Assembly: GCA_038087875.1 (NCBI GenBank)
Contig: CM075977.1
Location: 17,112,001-17,176,000 of the forward strand
Direction: 5' to 3'
From: Malacoraja senta
Lineage: Eukaryota
Length of the DNA: 64,000 bases
The number at the start of each line of letters is the position of its first letter. Position 1 is the stretch's first letter. The position numbers and the translations under genes were made by a program. Shown here in pieces: positions 11,798 through 23,585 of this stretch. The notes beneath the pieces are model-generated. The model had not been told where the DNA came from, ran no database searches, and saw only the letters and a program-made list of their open reading frames with translations.

Positions 11798-14319
11798 GTC
11801 TGAAATTTGAAGACTGTCTAACTGCTGGTGCCAGCCTGAAGTGTACCATCTGTGAGTACATGGCAGACAATGTGCTGAGCTTCCAACACCACGTACTCAC
11901 TCACCTCACGCCAGCAGCCTTCAAATGCAATCATTGCCACTTCGGTTTCCAAAGCCACAGGAAGCTTGTGCAACACCAAGAGCTTCATCACAGTCAAAGC
12001 AGGAAGCTGCAAAGGGAAGGTGAAAATGAACACTCTCCGTTCGACGGTGAGGACACTTTTCAATCAATAGCAGCAGATGCAGCAAGTAGACAAGAAGTAC
12101 TGCCGAGTCCAGGGGTCAGCCAGAATAAGGAAATGTGCTCTGATGCCGAGGGAGAAAAGATAGAGAAAAATGTGCAGTTGAGTGTTACACACCAGAAGAA
12201 TGAAAACCAGCCTGCAGGAAACAGGCAGAACTTTCCCTTTGCCAGAATCAAATCAGAGCCTTCAAGTCCACGACTTGCTTCCTCTCCAATTCAACCCAAC
12301 ATAGGATCCACTGTCCCAATGGGCCCCTTTCTCTCTCAGTTTGCTCTTTCCCAGGATATTGCAATGGTTCCCCAAGCTTCAGAAATTCTAGCCAAAATGT
12401 CTGAACTGGTACACCGTAGGTTAAGACAAGGTGGAAGCAACTATCCGCCTGTCATTTACAGTCCACTTATACCAAAAGGGGCTATTTGCTTTGAATGCAA
12501 CATCACTTTTAATAATTTGGAGAATTATTTGATTCACAAGAAACATTACTGCAGCACACGATGGCAGCATGTCGTCAAATCCCCAGACTTTGCCAACACT
12601 AATGAGAAGATGCCGGAGACAATAAGTCCCAGCAGCGGTCCAAGCCCCATTAGCCTCCAGAGTGCCCTTTGTAACCCACCAAATCCGGAAAATCCACTTC
12701 TTCAGTCAACCAGCATCAACTCCTCCATAGTCCTTGATGTAGCAGGACCGGATGGGAAAAGTTCAGACAAAGATCATTCCATGCAAATGAAGAAGGAACC
12801 ATCCACCAGCGGCAATGATGAACAACCAGATGGAAAATCAAAGGATGTGAAGAGTCCTAGCACTCCTGCATTGGATGCACCTAACGATCCAAATAAGACT
12901 ACATGTGAAGCCTGTAATATAACATTTAGCAGGCATGAAACGTTTGCCGTTCACAAGCAGTACTACTGCGCCACAAGGCATGATCCACCAATGAAGCGAA
13001 TGGCAGCAAATAAAGTACCAGCAATGCAAAGGACCATACGTAGTCGTAAACGACGGAAGATGTACGAGATGTCACTCCCAGAACAGGAGCAAAGATCACA
13101 GATGGTGCAACAAGCTTTTTTTAGTGTATCAGCCATGGGCAGCCCTGGAGCATCTTCTCAGGAATCAGTGGAGAATCTAGGTGAAAGCTCCCACAAGAGG
13201 TGTGAAGTGTTTCTTGGAAAGCAAATGGAGGTGTCCGCCCCAGGAGCTGGAAACCTTACTCCTGCCAAGTGTAACGTATCACAGTCAGTTGTTGCCAGTA
13301 TGGACCTAGATCTTCCTATGGATTTAAGCAAAAAATGTTTGCCTCAAACTGAGAAAACAAGCTGTTCTCCGAAGAGACTTTTGGACTATCATGAATGTAC
13401 TGTGTGCAAGATTAGTTTTAACAAAGTAGAGAGTTACCTTGCACACAAGCAAAAATTTTGCCGAGGTATGGGTGTCCCCCGTGCAGAAACAGCCCATTTA
13501 GAGCAATCGAAATTTCTCGAGCTGCAAAAAGAAAGTGCTTCAGTGAAATCTGAAACTGTCAGCCCCGAAGTGAGCAATGAGAAAACTACAGTGAAGTGTG
13601 AGAAAAATGAGAATTCAAAATTGCCCTCCCCAAATGATAATATATTCCCCCCGCAGTTAGGAACTCTCTATGGACTGAAATCTTTCAATGAGACAGGTCA
13701 GCTCACTTCTGTTAAGGAAGAAAACAAGAATGTGGTCTATCCACATTGCCTTTATCCTGGAGCAATAAAAAAAATGACCGGGACTGAGCAATTATCTCCA
13801 TATTATGGAATTAAGCCGACTGACTACATCTCAGGAGCTGTTTTCATACAAAGTGAAATAGACGAGCTGGTGCCAGCCACACGTGATAGAAGTGAGCCTT
13901 CTGAAGACCAGCCTGTTTCCAATGGATGTTCTTCTCAGAAGAAGGAAACTGTTCCACTCATGCCTAAGGGTCGGGGAATGATGGCAGTCAATGGAGCAAT
14001 AAAACAAGATGAAAAATCTTTCCCAAGCAACCCAAATCAGGATAACTTGTCCCAGAGTTCCCAGCACGCAGATGGCCACAAATCTCCCTCTTGGGTATCT
14101 GAGTGCCCTGTCATTTCAAATGAAAACCCATTGCCTACGGCTAAAGCTTTGTTAGAAGAGCAATTAGTTCACACTACAAAAAGCACCAGCGGTTCTGTTC
14201 ACCCCACAAATAGCGGGAAATACTGTCGTCTCTGTGACATTCAATTTAATAACTTGTCTAACTTTATAACCCACAAGAAATTCTACTGCTCATCACATGC
14301 TGCAGAACATGTCAAATGA
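11798..14319 (+). CDS. ZFPM2: ZFPM2/FOG2 terminal coding exon (zinc fingers 3-8, basic RKRRK motif, CtBP-binding PMDLS)
   Basis: Acceptor tgaacAG (11796-11797); frame GLKFEDCLTAGASLKCTICEYMAD continues into the 819-aa ORF. FOG-type CCHC fingers (CFECNITFNNLENYLIHKKHYC, CEACNITFSRHETFAVHKQYYC, CTVCKISFNKVESYLAHKQKFC, CRLCDIQFNNLSNFITHKKFYC), C-terminus HAAEHVK*. PMDLS at 13315-13329. Confidence 0.98.
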
Positions 14320-15345
14320 AAGTTGCTGCCATGCACTGCTCCTGTTTGTAGTATAGTGTTGGTCCTGCACAGTTTGTATAAAAATGTGAAAATAATTTTT
14401 AAAAAATGCTGCTTGATTTACATCAGAACAGTTACACCAGGACAATCAAGGGATGGCTGTGTAGTTCAATAGCTTGAGGCTAGTCTGTCATTTCATAATG
14501 CAGTTCATGTCTTGATATTAATGTGAAATGCCAGTACTATTTTTCACCAGAATTAATTTATTTTCCAAGCAGTATTCATAGCTGTAGTTAAATTTCAATT
14601 TTATTTAAAGTTTATACTGAAATTGTTTTTAACATTGTATAGTTATTCTTGTGCACTGTAGAGAGTCTGAGTCACATACATAGAGACAGCATTTGTAGGT
14701 AAACTGGTGAGGTAAAGCACTTGTGTATTCGAATATCCTTGTATTTGTTGCAATTTTCCTGTACGTGCCAGAATATAAGTTGCTTTATTTTCAGACTGCA
14801 AACATCAGAAGATGTGAAGGCCTTCAAAACTGCTAAAGAGGCGTACAACTTTCATTTCATATTTAATATAACATTTTCAGTCCTAAATTGCAGCTTAGAT
14901 ATCAGCTTATACAGTAATCAGTAGGCTTTGCTTAAGATGAAAAATATGTAGCAATTTGTTCCTATCCACTTTCTTAAACTGAGGTATGTATGTTTTATTG
15001 AAGTTGTTAACATTCTTGTATCTGTACTGTACTTTTCTTTGCTGACACTCTTGTCTCACTTTTGAAACATTTGCTGTAAAATGCAAAATTTAATATGAAC
15101 AACATTACTGGAAGCAGTATTGAACAGTGGTTGAAACCCTTCTGCTGTATTTTATTGAAAATATAATTAGTAGTTGCAGTTGCTGTTACAAAAGTCATTT
15201 TGGGACAATGAAATCTGAATAATAGAGTACCAATACTGCAACTGGTGATAAAACAAATATTGTTCTACTTCTGATAGAAATTATTTCTCAACAATGTTGT
15301 TACTATGCATGTATATGTATGGAATAAAAATTCCATAAAGCCAGA
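14320..15345 (+). promoter_or_regulatory. ZFPM2: ZFPM2 3' UTR with poly(A) signal AATAAA (15323-15328)
   Basis: AT-rich, repeat-free ~1 kb after the stop; AATAAA followed by a T/GT-rich tract (ttttgttgtg ~15361). Cleavage site approximate. Confidence 0.7.
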
Positions 15346-15824
15346 GAACATAGATTGCATTTTTGTTGTGCTTGAGGTGACATTTTTAATCAGCATGTGA
15401 AACTATCTCAGGATTAATTTGCAAGGGCTGAGATTGGAAATTTTCATTCCAAAATCCAGAGACTTTTCTTTCAAATGTGTATAAAATTTGATGCATATTT
15501 CCCTGATGATAGGATATAATTATTTTGTTGTGTTAAAGTGAAAGTTGTAGATTCTGTACAGTGAATCATCGTTACAACGAACCATAGGGGAGTGAATGGT
15601 GTTCGTTATTGCCGATTGTACGCTATAACCAAGTACGGTATTATTGTATGTAGTTGAAACAAAGAACTACAGGAGTAGTTCAAAAAGAACACAAAGTGCT
15701 GGAGTAACTCAGTGGGTCAAGCAGCATCTCTGAAGAACACTGATAGGTGACATTGTGACCTTTCTTCAGACTGATTCAGTCTGCTGAGCTACTCCAGCAC
15801 TTTGTGTCATCTCTATTATACTAA

Positions 15825-16676
15825 AAGCCCTGTCTCACGGTGCGAGTTGACCCACGAGGTACCCCGAGCGTAAGACTCGTGGTTGTGCACGAGATTCCAA
15901 GTGTATGATCAAGAGTTTAACCGAGTTCCCACGGGTATGACTCAAGATTGCCGTTAACTGTCATTTCTGCGATGTTCCAAGTTCGTCTCCCGAGTTAACA
16001 AGTTCCTTTCCCGAGTTACTCTTGAGCCAACCTTCAATGAAGGTCTGTTTTAATAAGCAACATCTCCATCCTGCGGCTTTGAGTTAAAGATAGAATTCAG
16101 CGCGGCCGCATTTATTGATGTGACCTACAAAGGGAAAATGTGCACCGTCCAATGCCAGAGCAGTTATACTGATGATTTGTGTGAAACACACATCACGTAG
16201 TTAGAAGACCAGCAGGCGGAGGTTTGCTATATTTTAATTGAATTTACTGCCAGCTCTACACACTGCGGGGAGACTGGAGATGAAATCTTTGAAAGTGCAG
16301 GGATGCACACATCAGATTGTTGGGAGACGGAGCTCAGTGTTCGCCTCCTGAGCTGCTTTGGTGCCCAGGTGTGAGTTGAGGTGGAGGGAGGTTGGGGGGG
16401 GGGGGGGTCAGGTTAAACTCACCCATTTGACAGAGGCAGAGGATTACGAGGATCCAGCAAAACTCGGACTGCATGGAGAGCCGAGACTGCCCCGCTGGTG
16501 GCCAACTTCCCCCTGTTGGCCACCAGCCGGCAGGAGCTGTGCATGGAGCCCGCCACCGGATTCGTGTCTGACTGCCTGGGCAGCCTGAGGGAGGCAGATG
16601 CACCCTGCCCGGGGAGAGGCCGCGGAGAGACTGCGGGGAGAGTACCTCACTCTGACTGTGATAGGGAGAGACAGAG

Positions 16677-16723
<47 letters not shown>

Positions 16724-17874
16724 GTGGAGTTCCTCTGACTGTCTGACTGTGTGGGTGTGGGGGGTGGGACAGAGAGCGAGAGAGACACACACACACACAG
16801 GCAGCGTGGAGTACCTTTAACTGTGTGTGTGGGAGAGAGAGACAGAGGCAGACACACACACACAATGGGCAGTGTGTACCTCAGTCTCTGTGTGTGTGTG
16901 TGTAGGGGAGAGAGAGATACAGAGACAGTGTGGACCCCTGACTGTATGAAGGAGAGAGGGGGAGAGAGACAGAGAGAGAGAGGCACAGAGGCAGTGTGGT
17001 GTACTTCGGCGTGACTGTGGGGCAGAGAGAAAGAGCGCACAGGACCTCGGTCTATCTGTGTGTGTGGGAGGGAAGAGAGACTAAGCAGAATACATCGGTC
17101 TTATTGTGTGTGGGGGGAGAAAGAGAGAGGTGGTGGGGAGAAAGAGAGAGGTGGGGGGAAAGAGAGAAATGGGGGGAGACGTATATACACACAAAGCAGA
17201 GTTTTACTGTGTATGTGGGAGACACAGATGGACTTACCTCGGTCTTACTGTGTGTGGGAGAGGGGGAGAAAGAGACGTACACTCACAGAGGCAGAGTCTC
17301 TCAGCCTGTGTGAGAGGGAGGGAGGGAGAGAGACACACACACAAGGTGGATGTGAAATCTCACCTGCCTGTTTCAGTGACCCGCACCCGCTGCTAGTGAA
17401 TGAAGACACCCTCATCTGTCTCCCCCTCCTCTCCCTCCACTCTCCACCCTCTCTCCTCCACCCCCCCTCCCTCCCTCCTCCAACCCCCCACTCCCCCCCA
17501 ATTTGGAAATGTCATCCCATCACCTATTCCTTCTCTCCAGAGATGCTGCCTGCCCGCTGAGTTAAAGAGTTCCCACGGTAGACTCACGAGTCACTAAGGT
17601 AAACGCACGGGCCACTGCGTTCTTACAACGTGTTTAAATGTTTCAAATGTTAACCTCAAGAGTACATTTTACTCGTGGAAAAGTTTAAACATGTTTGAAT
17701 TTTTCCAAGAGTTAACAAGTGTCACGGGTACCTGCCGTTAGCGCCAAGAGTCGCTAAGTTGCGTCCACGAGTTCCAACGTTCCCGCTATGCTAATCGTAC
17801 GTGATTACCATGAGTTAAATTGGTTTTAAGCTCGGGGTACCTCGTGGGTCAGCTCGCACCGTGAGACAGGGGTT
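15825..17874. mobile_element. Non-autonomous TIR element E1 (PIF/Harbinger-like)
   Basis: 45-bp TIR aagccctgtctcacggtgcgagttgacccacgaggtaccccgagc (2 mismatches), TAA on both sides; internal (CA)n/(GA)n-rich tandem region 16650-17350. Confidence 0.85.
16434..16645 (+). pseudogene. Candidate captured exon of an unidentified host gene inside E1
   Basis: Branch-like ctcac plus ttgacAG acceptor; GC3-rich codons reading RQRITRIQQNSDCMESRDCP/LVANFPLLATSRQELCMEPATGFVSDCLGSLRE with one +1 shift. Protein not recognised. Confidence 0.35.
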
Positions 17875-18299
17875 TAAAGGGCCTGTCCCACTGTACGAGG
17901 TAATTCAAGAGTTTTCCCCTGATTCGAACTCGGAGAATGTCCGTAGCGGGTCCGTAGGTGTTTGTGGACAGTGATGGAAATGGGTTTTAGGAACTAGGGG
18001 TACTCTATGGTCCGTGAGGTTGAGGTTGGGAAGGAAGGGGGGGGGGGGGGGTTATGTGCGGTCATACCCATGTAAGAGTACAAGAATGCATCACTTGTTT
18101 ATTGTGTATTTATAATATAGTTTATTGTGTATTATATGTCNNNNNNNNNNNNNNNNNNNNNNNNNNNNNNNNNNNNNNNNNNNNNNNNNNNNNNNNNNNN
18201 NNNNNNNNNNNNNNNNNNNNNNNNNNNNNNNNNNNNNNNNNNNNNNNNNNNNNNNNNNNNNNNNNNNNNNNNNNNNNNTGCTTCGGTGAGGGAAGCAGG

Positions 18300-18500
18300 T
18301 CGATGATTGATCAAACGGCCCCTAGGAGACTGTGCCTGATTGGCCGCCAAGTCACCAGCACATTATGTGATTGGACACAATGCCCTTGGAGACAGCAGCT
18401 GATTGGACGGGAGGAGACCGATTTGTTGATTGGATGGGATTTTAAGGGAAGCTGGTCGGTGATTGGACGCAACCCCCTTAGAGACAGCAGTTGATTGCCC
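18300..18500. promoter_or_regulatory. Array of inverted CCAAT boxes (GATTGG) at ~32-bp spacing
   Basis: ATTGG at 18339, 18370, 18402, 18429, 18462; degenerate copies at 18306 and 18494. Confidence 0.55.
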
Positions 18501-18639
18501 GCCAAATAATCAGGCACAAAAAATTGAAAATAGGAAAACAATCAAATCAGAATTACAATTTAAATCGGAAGAATATCATGCCTGATCTGCAGCAAGGATA
18601 CTAGTATCCGCTCTAGTATCTTTGATCTACAATTCCTTC

Positions 18640-19040
18640 CTATTGAAGATAACCCTGGCCCGAAACAACTCCTAATCTATTCTCCCTCCACAGATGCCGC
18701 CCAGCCCGCTGAGTTCCTCCAGCACTCTGTGTTTTTTATTTAACTCTTGAAATTGAAGTTAGACATAAAGCTGGAGTAACTCAGCGGGACAGGCAGCGAC
18801 TCTGGAGAGAAGACTTTTCTTCAGACTGAACTGAACTCTCGTCAGTGAGAGTACTTGTGATTGTCTGCAAAAGGGTCTCGACCTGAAACGCCACCCACTC
18901 CCTAGAGCCGCCGCCCGTCCCGCTGAGCCACCCCAGTCCCCCTGTGTCCACCTTCAACTCCAGAGCCAAACAAAAAACACAGAGTGCTGGAGGAACTCAG
19001 CGGGCCAGGCGGCACCCGCAGAGGGAACCGACCAGTAGCC
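18640..19040. repeat. Cluster of degenerate Penelope-derived short repeats
   Basis: Several gctggagtaactcagcgggacaggcagc / gctgagttcctccagcac arms in both orientations. Confidence 0.75.
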
Positions 19041-19188
19041 GCCACGGGCCAGGGTTCCCCCCACCCCCCTTCCCTCAACAGGAAGGAACCGCAGATGCAG
19101 CCGTCCCCGCAAAACAGCAAATGATTCTGGGAATGCCGAGGCGAGAGGGTGAGAAAGGGGGAGTGAGAGAGCAAGAGAGATCCAAAGG

Positions 19189-19392
19189 ACGGGTTCGGAT
19201 CCCAACTACGCCTCGCTGAGACAGCGCCAGAAGTTTCAAACCTACGGCCCCCTCCTGTTCGAGCCACGTGGACCAAGATATCACGTTGTAAACAACCACG
19301 TTCACTACTTTGACTGGGAGTTCACGTTCCGCCACAGTCCCGCCAGCGGTTTACAGCTGTTTGATACCGCTTCAGGAAGGAGCGGGTGGTCT
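19189..19392 (+). pseudogene. Copper amine oxidase (AOC1/AOC2/AOC3 family) fragment, part 1
   Basis: TGSDPNYASLRQRQKFQTYGPLLFEPRGPRYHVVNNHVHYFDWEFTFRHSPASGLQLFD/(1-nt deletion)RFRKERVV resembles the AOC segment P.GPRF.V.G..V....W.F.F.....SG..I.DVRF.GER.VY. Confidence 0.85.
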
Positions 19393-19957
19393 GGCTTGCG
19401 ATGCGAATAGGGCTGTTGAGCCAAAACCAAAAAGGCCAAAGTCAGGCAATGCCATTGTAGTGGGAGATTCCATTGTCAGAGGTACGGACAGGGGTTTCTA
19501 CGGCAACAGACGGAATTCGAGGATGGTGTGCTGCCTTCCTGGTGCCAGGATCCAGGTTGTCACGGACAGAGTGCAGAAAATCCTCAAGGGCGAAGGTGAA
19601 CAGCCGGAAGTGGTAGTGCATGTCGGCACAAACGATGTCGGAAAGAAGGGGATGAATATTCTGCAGCGTGACTTTAGAGAGCTCGGAAAAATGCTGAAAA
19701 GCAGGACCTCCAGAGTTGTTATCTCCGGTTTGCTTCCAGTTCCTCGTGCTGGTGAGAGCAGGAACAGGGAGATACGGGACCTGAATGTGTGGCTGAGGAA
19801 CTGGTGCATGGGGCAGGGATTTAGATTCTTAGATCACTGGGATCTGTTTTGGAGTAAGGGGGAACCGTACAAAAGAGACGGATTGCATCTTAACAGGTTG
19901 GGGACCAGCATTCTGGCAGGCAGGTTTGCCACTGCTACACGGGTGGTTTTAAACTGA
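19393..19957 (+). CDS. CR1 ORF1 C-terminal SGNH/GDSL esterase domain (5'-truncated)
   Basis: AIVVGDSIVRG...VVVHVGTNDV...DGLHLNRLG; open frame to the stop at 19957. Confidence 0.85.
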
Positions 19958-20026
19958 ATAAGGGGGGTGGGGGTGTAGAATGGGATAGTTGAGGATGGAG
20001 TTAAAGGGAAAGGGTTTCTTAAATGT

Positions 20027-22990
20027 GTGAGCGTAGAGACAGAGGGTGGTAAAATGAGGGTAGAAGCAATAGGTAGCAAGGTGAAAAGTAAAAGTGGCAG
20101 GCAGACAAATCCAGGGCAAAAATCAAAATGGGCCACTTTTAAACATAATTGTATAAGGGGTAAGAGTGTTGTAAAAACAAGCCTGAAGGCTTTGTGTCTC
20201 AATGCAAGGAGCATTCGTAATAAGGTGGATGAGTTGAATGTGCTGATAGCTATTAATGACTATGATATAGTTGGGATCACGGAGACATGGCTCCAGGGTA
20301 ACCAAGGCTGGGAGCTGAACATCCAGGGATATTCAATATTCAGGAGGGATAGACAGAAAGGGAAAGGAGGTGGGGTAGCGTTGCTGGTTAGAGAGCAGAT
20401 TAACGCAATAGAAAGGAAGGACATTAGCTTGGAGGATGTGGAATCGATATGGGTAGAGATGCGAAACACTAAGGGGCAGAAAACGCTAATGGGAATTGTG
20501 TACAGGCCACCTAACAGTAGTAGTGGAGTTGGGGATGGCATCAAACAGGAAATTAGAAATGCATGCAACAAAGGTAAAACAGTTATAATGGGTGACTTCA
20601 ATCTACATATAGATTGGGTGAATCAAATTGGCAAGGGTGCTGAGGAAGAGGATTTCTTGGAATGTATGCGGGATAGTTTTCTAAACCAACATGTAGAGGA
20701 ACCAACGAGAGAGATGCTATTCTAGATTGGGTATTGAGTAATGAGGAAGGGTTAGTTAGCAGTCTTGTTGTGCGTGGCCCCTTGGGCAAGAGTGACCATA
20801 ATATGGTTGAGTTCTTCATTAGGATGGAGAGTGACATTGTTAATTCAGAAACAAGGGTCCTGAACTTAAAGAAAGGTAACTTTGAGGGTATGAGAAGTGA
20901 ATTGGCTAAGATAGACTGGCAATTGATTCTTAATGGGTTGACGGTAGATATGCAATGGAAGGCATTTAAAGACTGCATGGATGAACTACAACAATTGTTC
21001 ATCCCAGTTTGGCAAAAAAATAAATCAGGGAAGGTAGTGCATCCATGGATAACAAGGGAAATCAGGGATAGTATCAAAACAAAAGATGAAGCGTACAACT
21101 TAGCCAGAAAAAGCAGCCTACCAGAAGACTGGGAGAAATTCAGAGTCCAGCAGAGGAGGACAAAGGGCTTAATTAGGAAAGGGAAAATAGATTATGAAAG
21201 AAAACTGGCAGGGAACATAAAAACTGACTGCAAAAGCTTTTATAGATATGTGAAGAGAAAAAGATTAGTTAAAACAAATGTAGGTCCCTTGCCGTCAGAA
21301 ACAGGTGAATTGATCATGGGGAACAAAGACATGGCAGACCAATTGAATAACTACTTTGGTTCTGTCTTCACTAAGGAAGACATAAATAACCTGCCGGAAA
21401 TAGCAGGGGACTGGGGGTCAAATGAGATGGAGGAACTGAGTGAAATCCAGGTTAGCCGGGAAGTGGTGTTAGGTAAATTGAATGGATTAAAGGCCGATAA
21501 ATCCCCACGGCCAGTTAGGCTGCATCCCAGAGTACTTAAGGAAGTAGCCCCAGAAATAGTGGACGCATTAGTGATAATGTTTCAAAACTCTTTAGATTCT
21601 GGAGTAGTTCCTGAGGATTGGAGGGTAGCTAATGTAACCCCACTTTTTAAAAAGGGAGGGGGAGAGAAAACGGGGAATTACAGACCAGTTAGTCTAACGT
21701 CGGTAGTGGGGAAACTGCTAGAATCAGTTATTAAAGATGGGATAGCAGCACATTTGGAAAGTGGTGAAATCATTGGACAAAGTCAGCATGGATTTATGAA
21801 AGGTAAATCATGTCTGACGAATCTTATAGAATCTTTCGAGGATGAAACTAGTAGCGTGGATAAAGGAGAACCAGTGGATGTGTTATATCTGGACTTTCAG
21901 CAGGCTTTCAAGAAGGTCCCACATAAGAGATTAGTATACAAACTTAAAGCACACGGTATTGGGGGTTCAGTATTGATGTGGATAGAGAACTGGCTGGCAG
22001 ACAGGAAGCAAAGAGTAGGAGTGAACGGGTCCTTTTCACAATGGCAGGCAGTGACTAGTGGGGTACCGCAAGGCTCAGTGCTGGGACCCCAGCTATTTAC
22101 GATATATATTAATGATTTGGACGAGGGAATTGAATGCAACATCTCCAAGTTTGCGGATGACACGAAGCTGGGGGGGAAGTATTAGCTGTGAGGAGGATGC
22201 TCGGAGGCTGCAAGGTGACTTGGATAGGCTGGGTGAGTGGGCAAATGCATGGCAGATGCAATATAATGTGGATAAATGTGAGTTAATCCACTTTGGTGGC
22301 AAAAACAGGAAAGTAGACTATTATCTGAATGGTGGCCGATTAGGAAAAGGGGAGATGCAACGAGACCTGGGTGTCATGGTACACCAGTCATTAAAAGTAG
22401 GCATGCAGGTGCAACAGGCAGTGAAGAAGGCGAATGGTATGTTAGCTTTCATAGCAAAAGGATTTAAGTATAGGAGCAGGGAGGTTCTACTGCAGTTGTA
22501 CAGGGTCTTGGTGACACCACACCTGGAGTATTGCGTACAGTTTTGGTCTCCTAATCTGAGGAAAGACATTCTTGCCATAGAGGGAGTACAGAGAAGGTTC
22601 ACCAGACTGATTCCTGGGATGTCAGGACTTTCATATGAAGAAAGACTGGGTAGACTCGGTTTGTACTCGCTAGAATTTCAAAGATTGAGGGGGGATCTTA
22701 TAGAAACGTACAAAATTCTTAAGGGGTTGGACAGGCTAGATGCAGGAAGATTGTTCCCGATGTTGGAGAAGTCCAGAACAAAGGGTCACAGTTTAAGGAT
22801 AAGGGGGAAATCTTTTAGGACCGAGATGAGGAAAACATATTTCACACAGAGAGTGGTGAATCTCTGGAATTCTCTGCCACAGAAGGCAGTTGAGGCCAGT
22901 TCATTGGCTATATTTAAGAAGGAGTTAGATGTGGCCCTTGTGGCTAAAAGGATCAGGGGGTATGGAGAGAAGGCAGGTACGGGATACTGA
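20027..22990 (+). pseudogene. CR1 ORF2 (endonuclease and reverse transcriptase), at least two frameshifts
   Basis: Consecutive ORFs 20027-20725, 20734-22185 and 22058-22990 together give APE-RT-C-terminal domain. Confidence 0.92.
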
Positions 22991-23092
22991 GTTGGATGAT
23001 CAGCCATGATCATATTGAATGGCGGTGCAGGCTCGAAGGGCCGAATGGCCTACTCCTGCACCTATTTTCTATGTTTCTGTGTTTCTATGTCT

Positions 23093-23301
23093 ACGAGTTG
23101 CGCGTCCAGGAGGTGAACTCCGTTTACGGCGGAGAGACGCCAGGTCTGATGAGGGCCAAGTTCTTAGACAGTCATTATGGAATTGGGAAAAGTTCCAATG
23201 GGCTGGTAAAAGACGTGGACTGCCCCTACAGCGCCACTTTCCTCCACATTCTCCATCTCATGGAGACTGGAAACCAAAGATCCTATAGCAGAGCAAGATA
23301 G
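23093..23301 (+). pseudogene. Copper amine oxidase fragment, part 2
   Basis: YELRVQEVNSVYGGETPGLMRAKFLDSHYGIGKSSNGLVKDVDCPYSATFL matches the AOC motif YE.S.QE....YGG..P..M...Y.D...G.G.....L..G.DCP..AT; joins part 1 in frame (VV-YE) when the CR1 is removed. Confidence 0.88.
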
Positions 23302-23585
23302 TCCACTCGACGAAAAACCCGTAGTTGGGTCATGGGTAATCTGCAGCACCATTTCCGTAACCGGCTTCCGTCTCCGCTCTAGTATCTTTGCTTTGGTCAT
23401 GGCTTCTTCATGCACAAATCATCTTTTTTTTCTCAGCTGCAGGTGATCATTTTGATATTCCTGCCTAGTCCTCCTTTTTAACTTTGAACATACAAAATAT
23501 TGCCATTTGGAAGGAGCTCCAGCAAATCCTGCACCTACTCAAGCCATCCTCACCCCCCACCCCCCCCCCCCCCCCCACCCTACCC

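Larger units (their letters stand above)
19393..23088 (+). mobile_element. Near full-length CR1 LINE (5'-truncated): ORF1 esterase plus ORF2 APE/RT
   Basis: ORF1 SGNH motifs GDSIVRG, HVGTNDV, DGLHLN; ORF2 APE (NARSIRNK, GITETW, GDFN) and RT ([15 protein letters not shown]) split by frameshifts; (tttctatg)n tail; gtct duplicated at both junctions. Confidence 0.95.

Noticed and set aside
11860-14319. Treating the 819-aa ORF as a stand-alone gene starting at Met 11860
   Set aside because: It is the terminal exon of ZFPM2; the frame opens at the acceptor at 11798 and splices in phase to the upstream exons.
14651-14658. miR-130 site in the ZFPM2 3' UTR
   Set aside because: Only a 6-mer TGCACT match, too weak without an alignment.
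16334-17600. Many overlapping Cys/Val/Ser/Glu-Arg-rich ORFs
   Set aside because: Artefacts of (CA)n/(GA)n low-complexity sequence.
18141-18278. ORFs spanning N-runs (also 24141-24276 and ~49504-49665)
   Set aside because: Assembly gaps; frame continuity through Ns is meaningless.
19310-19957. 215-aa esterase as a host GDSL lipase gene
   Set aside because: It is CR1 ORF1 directly upstream of ORF2; its apparent N-terminus is out-of-frame amine-oxidase sequence.
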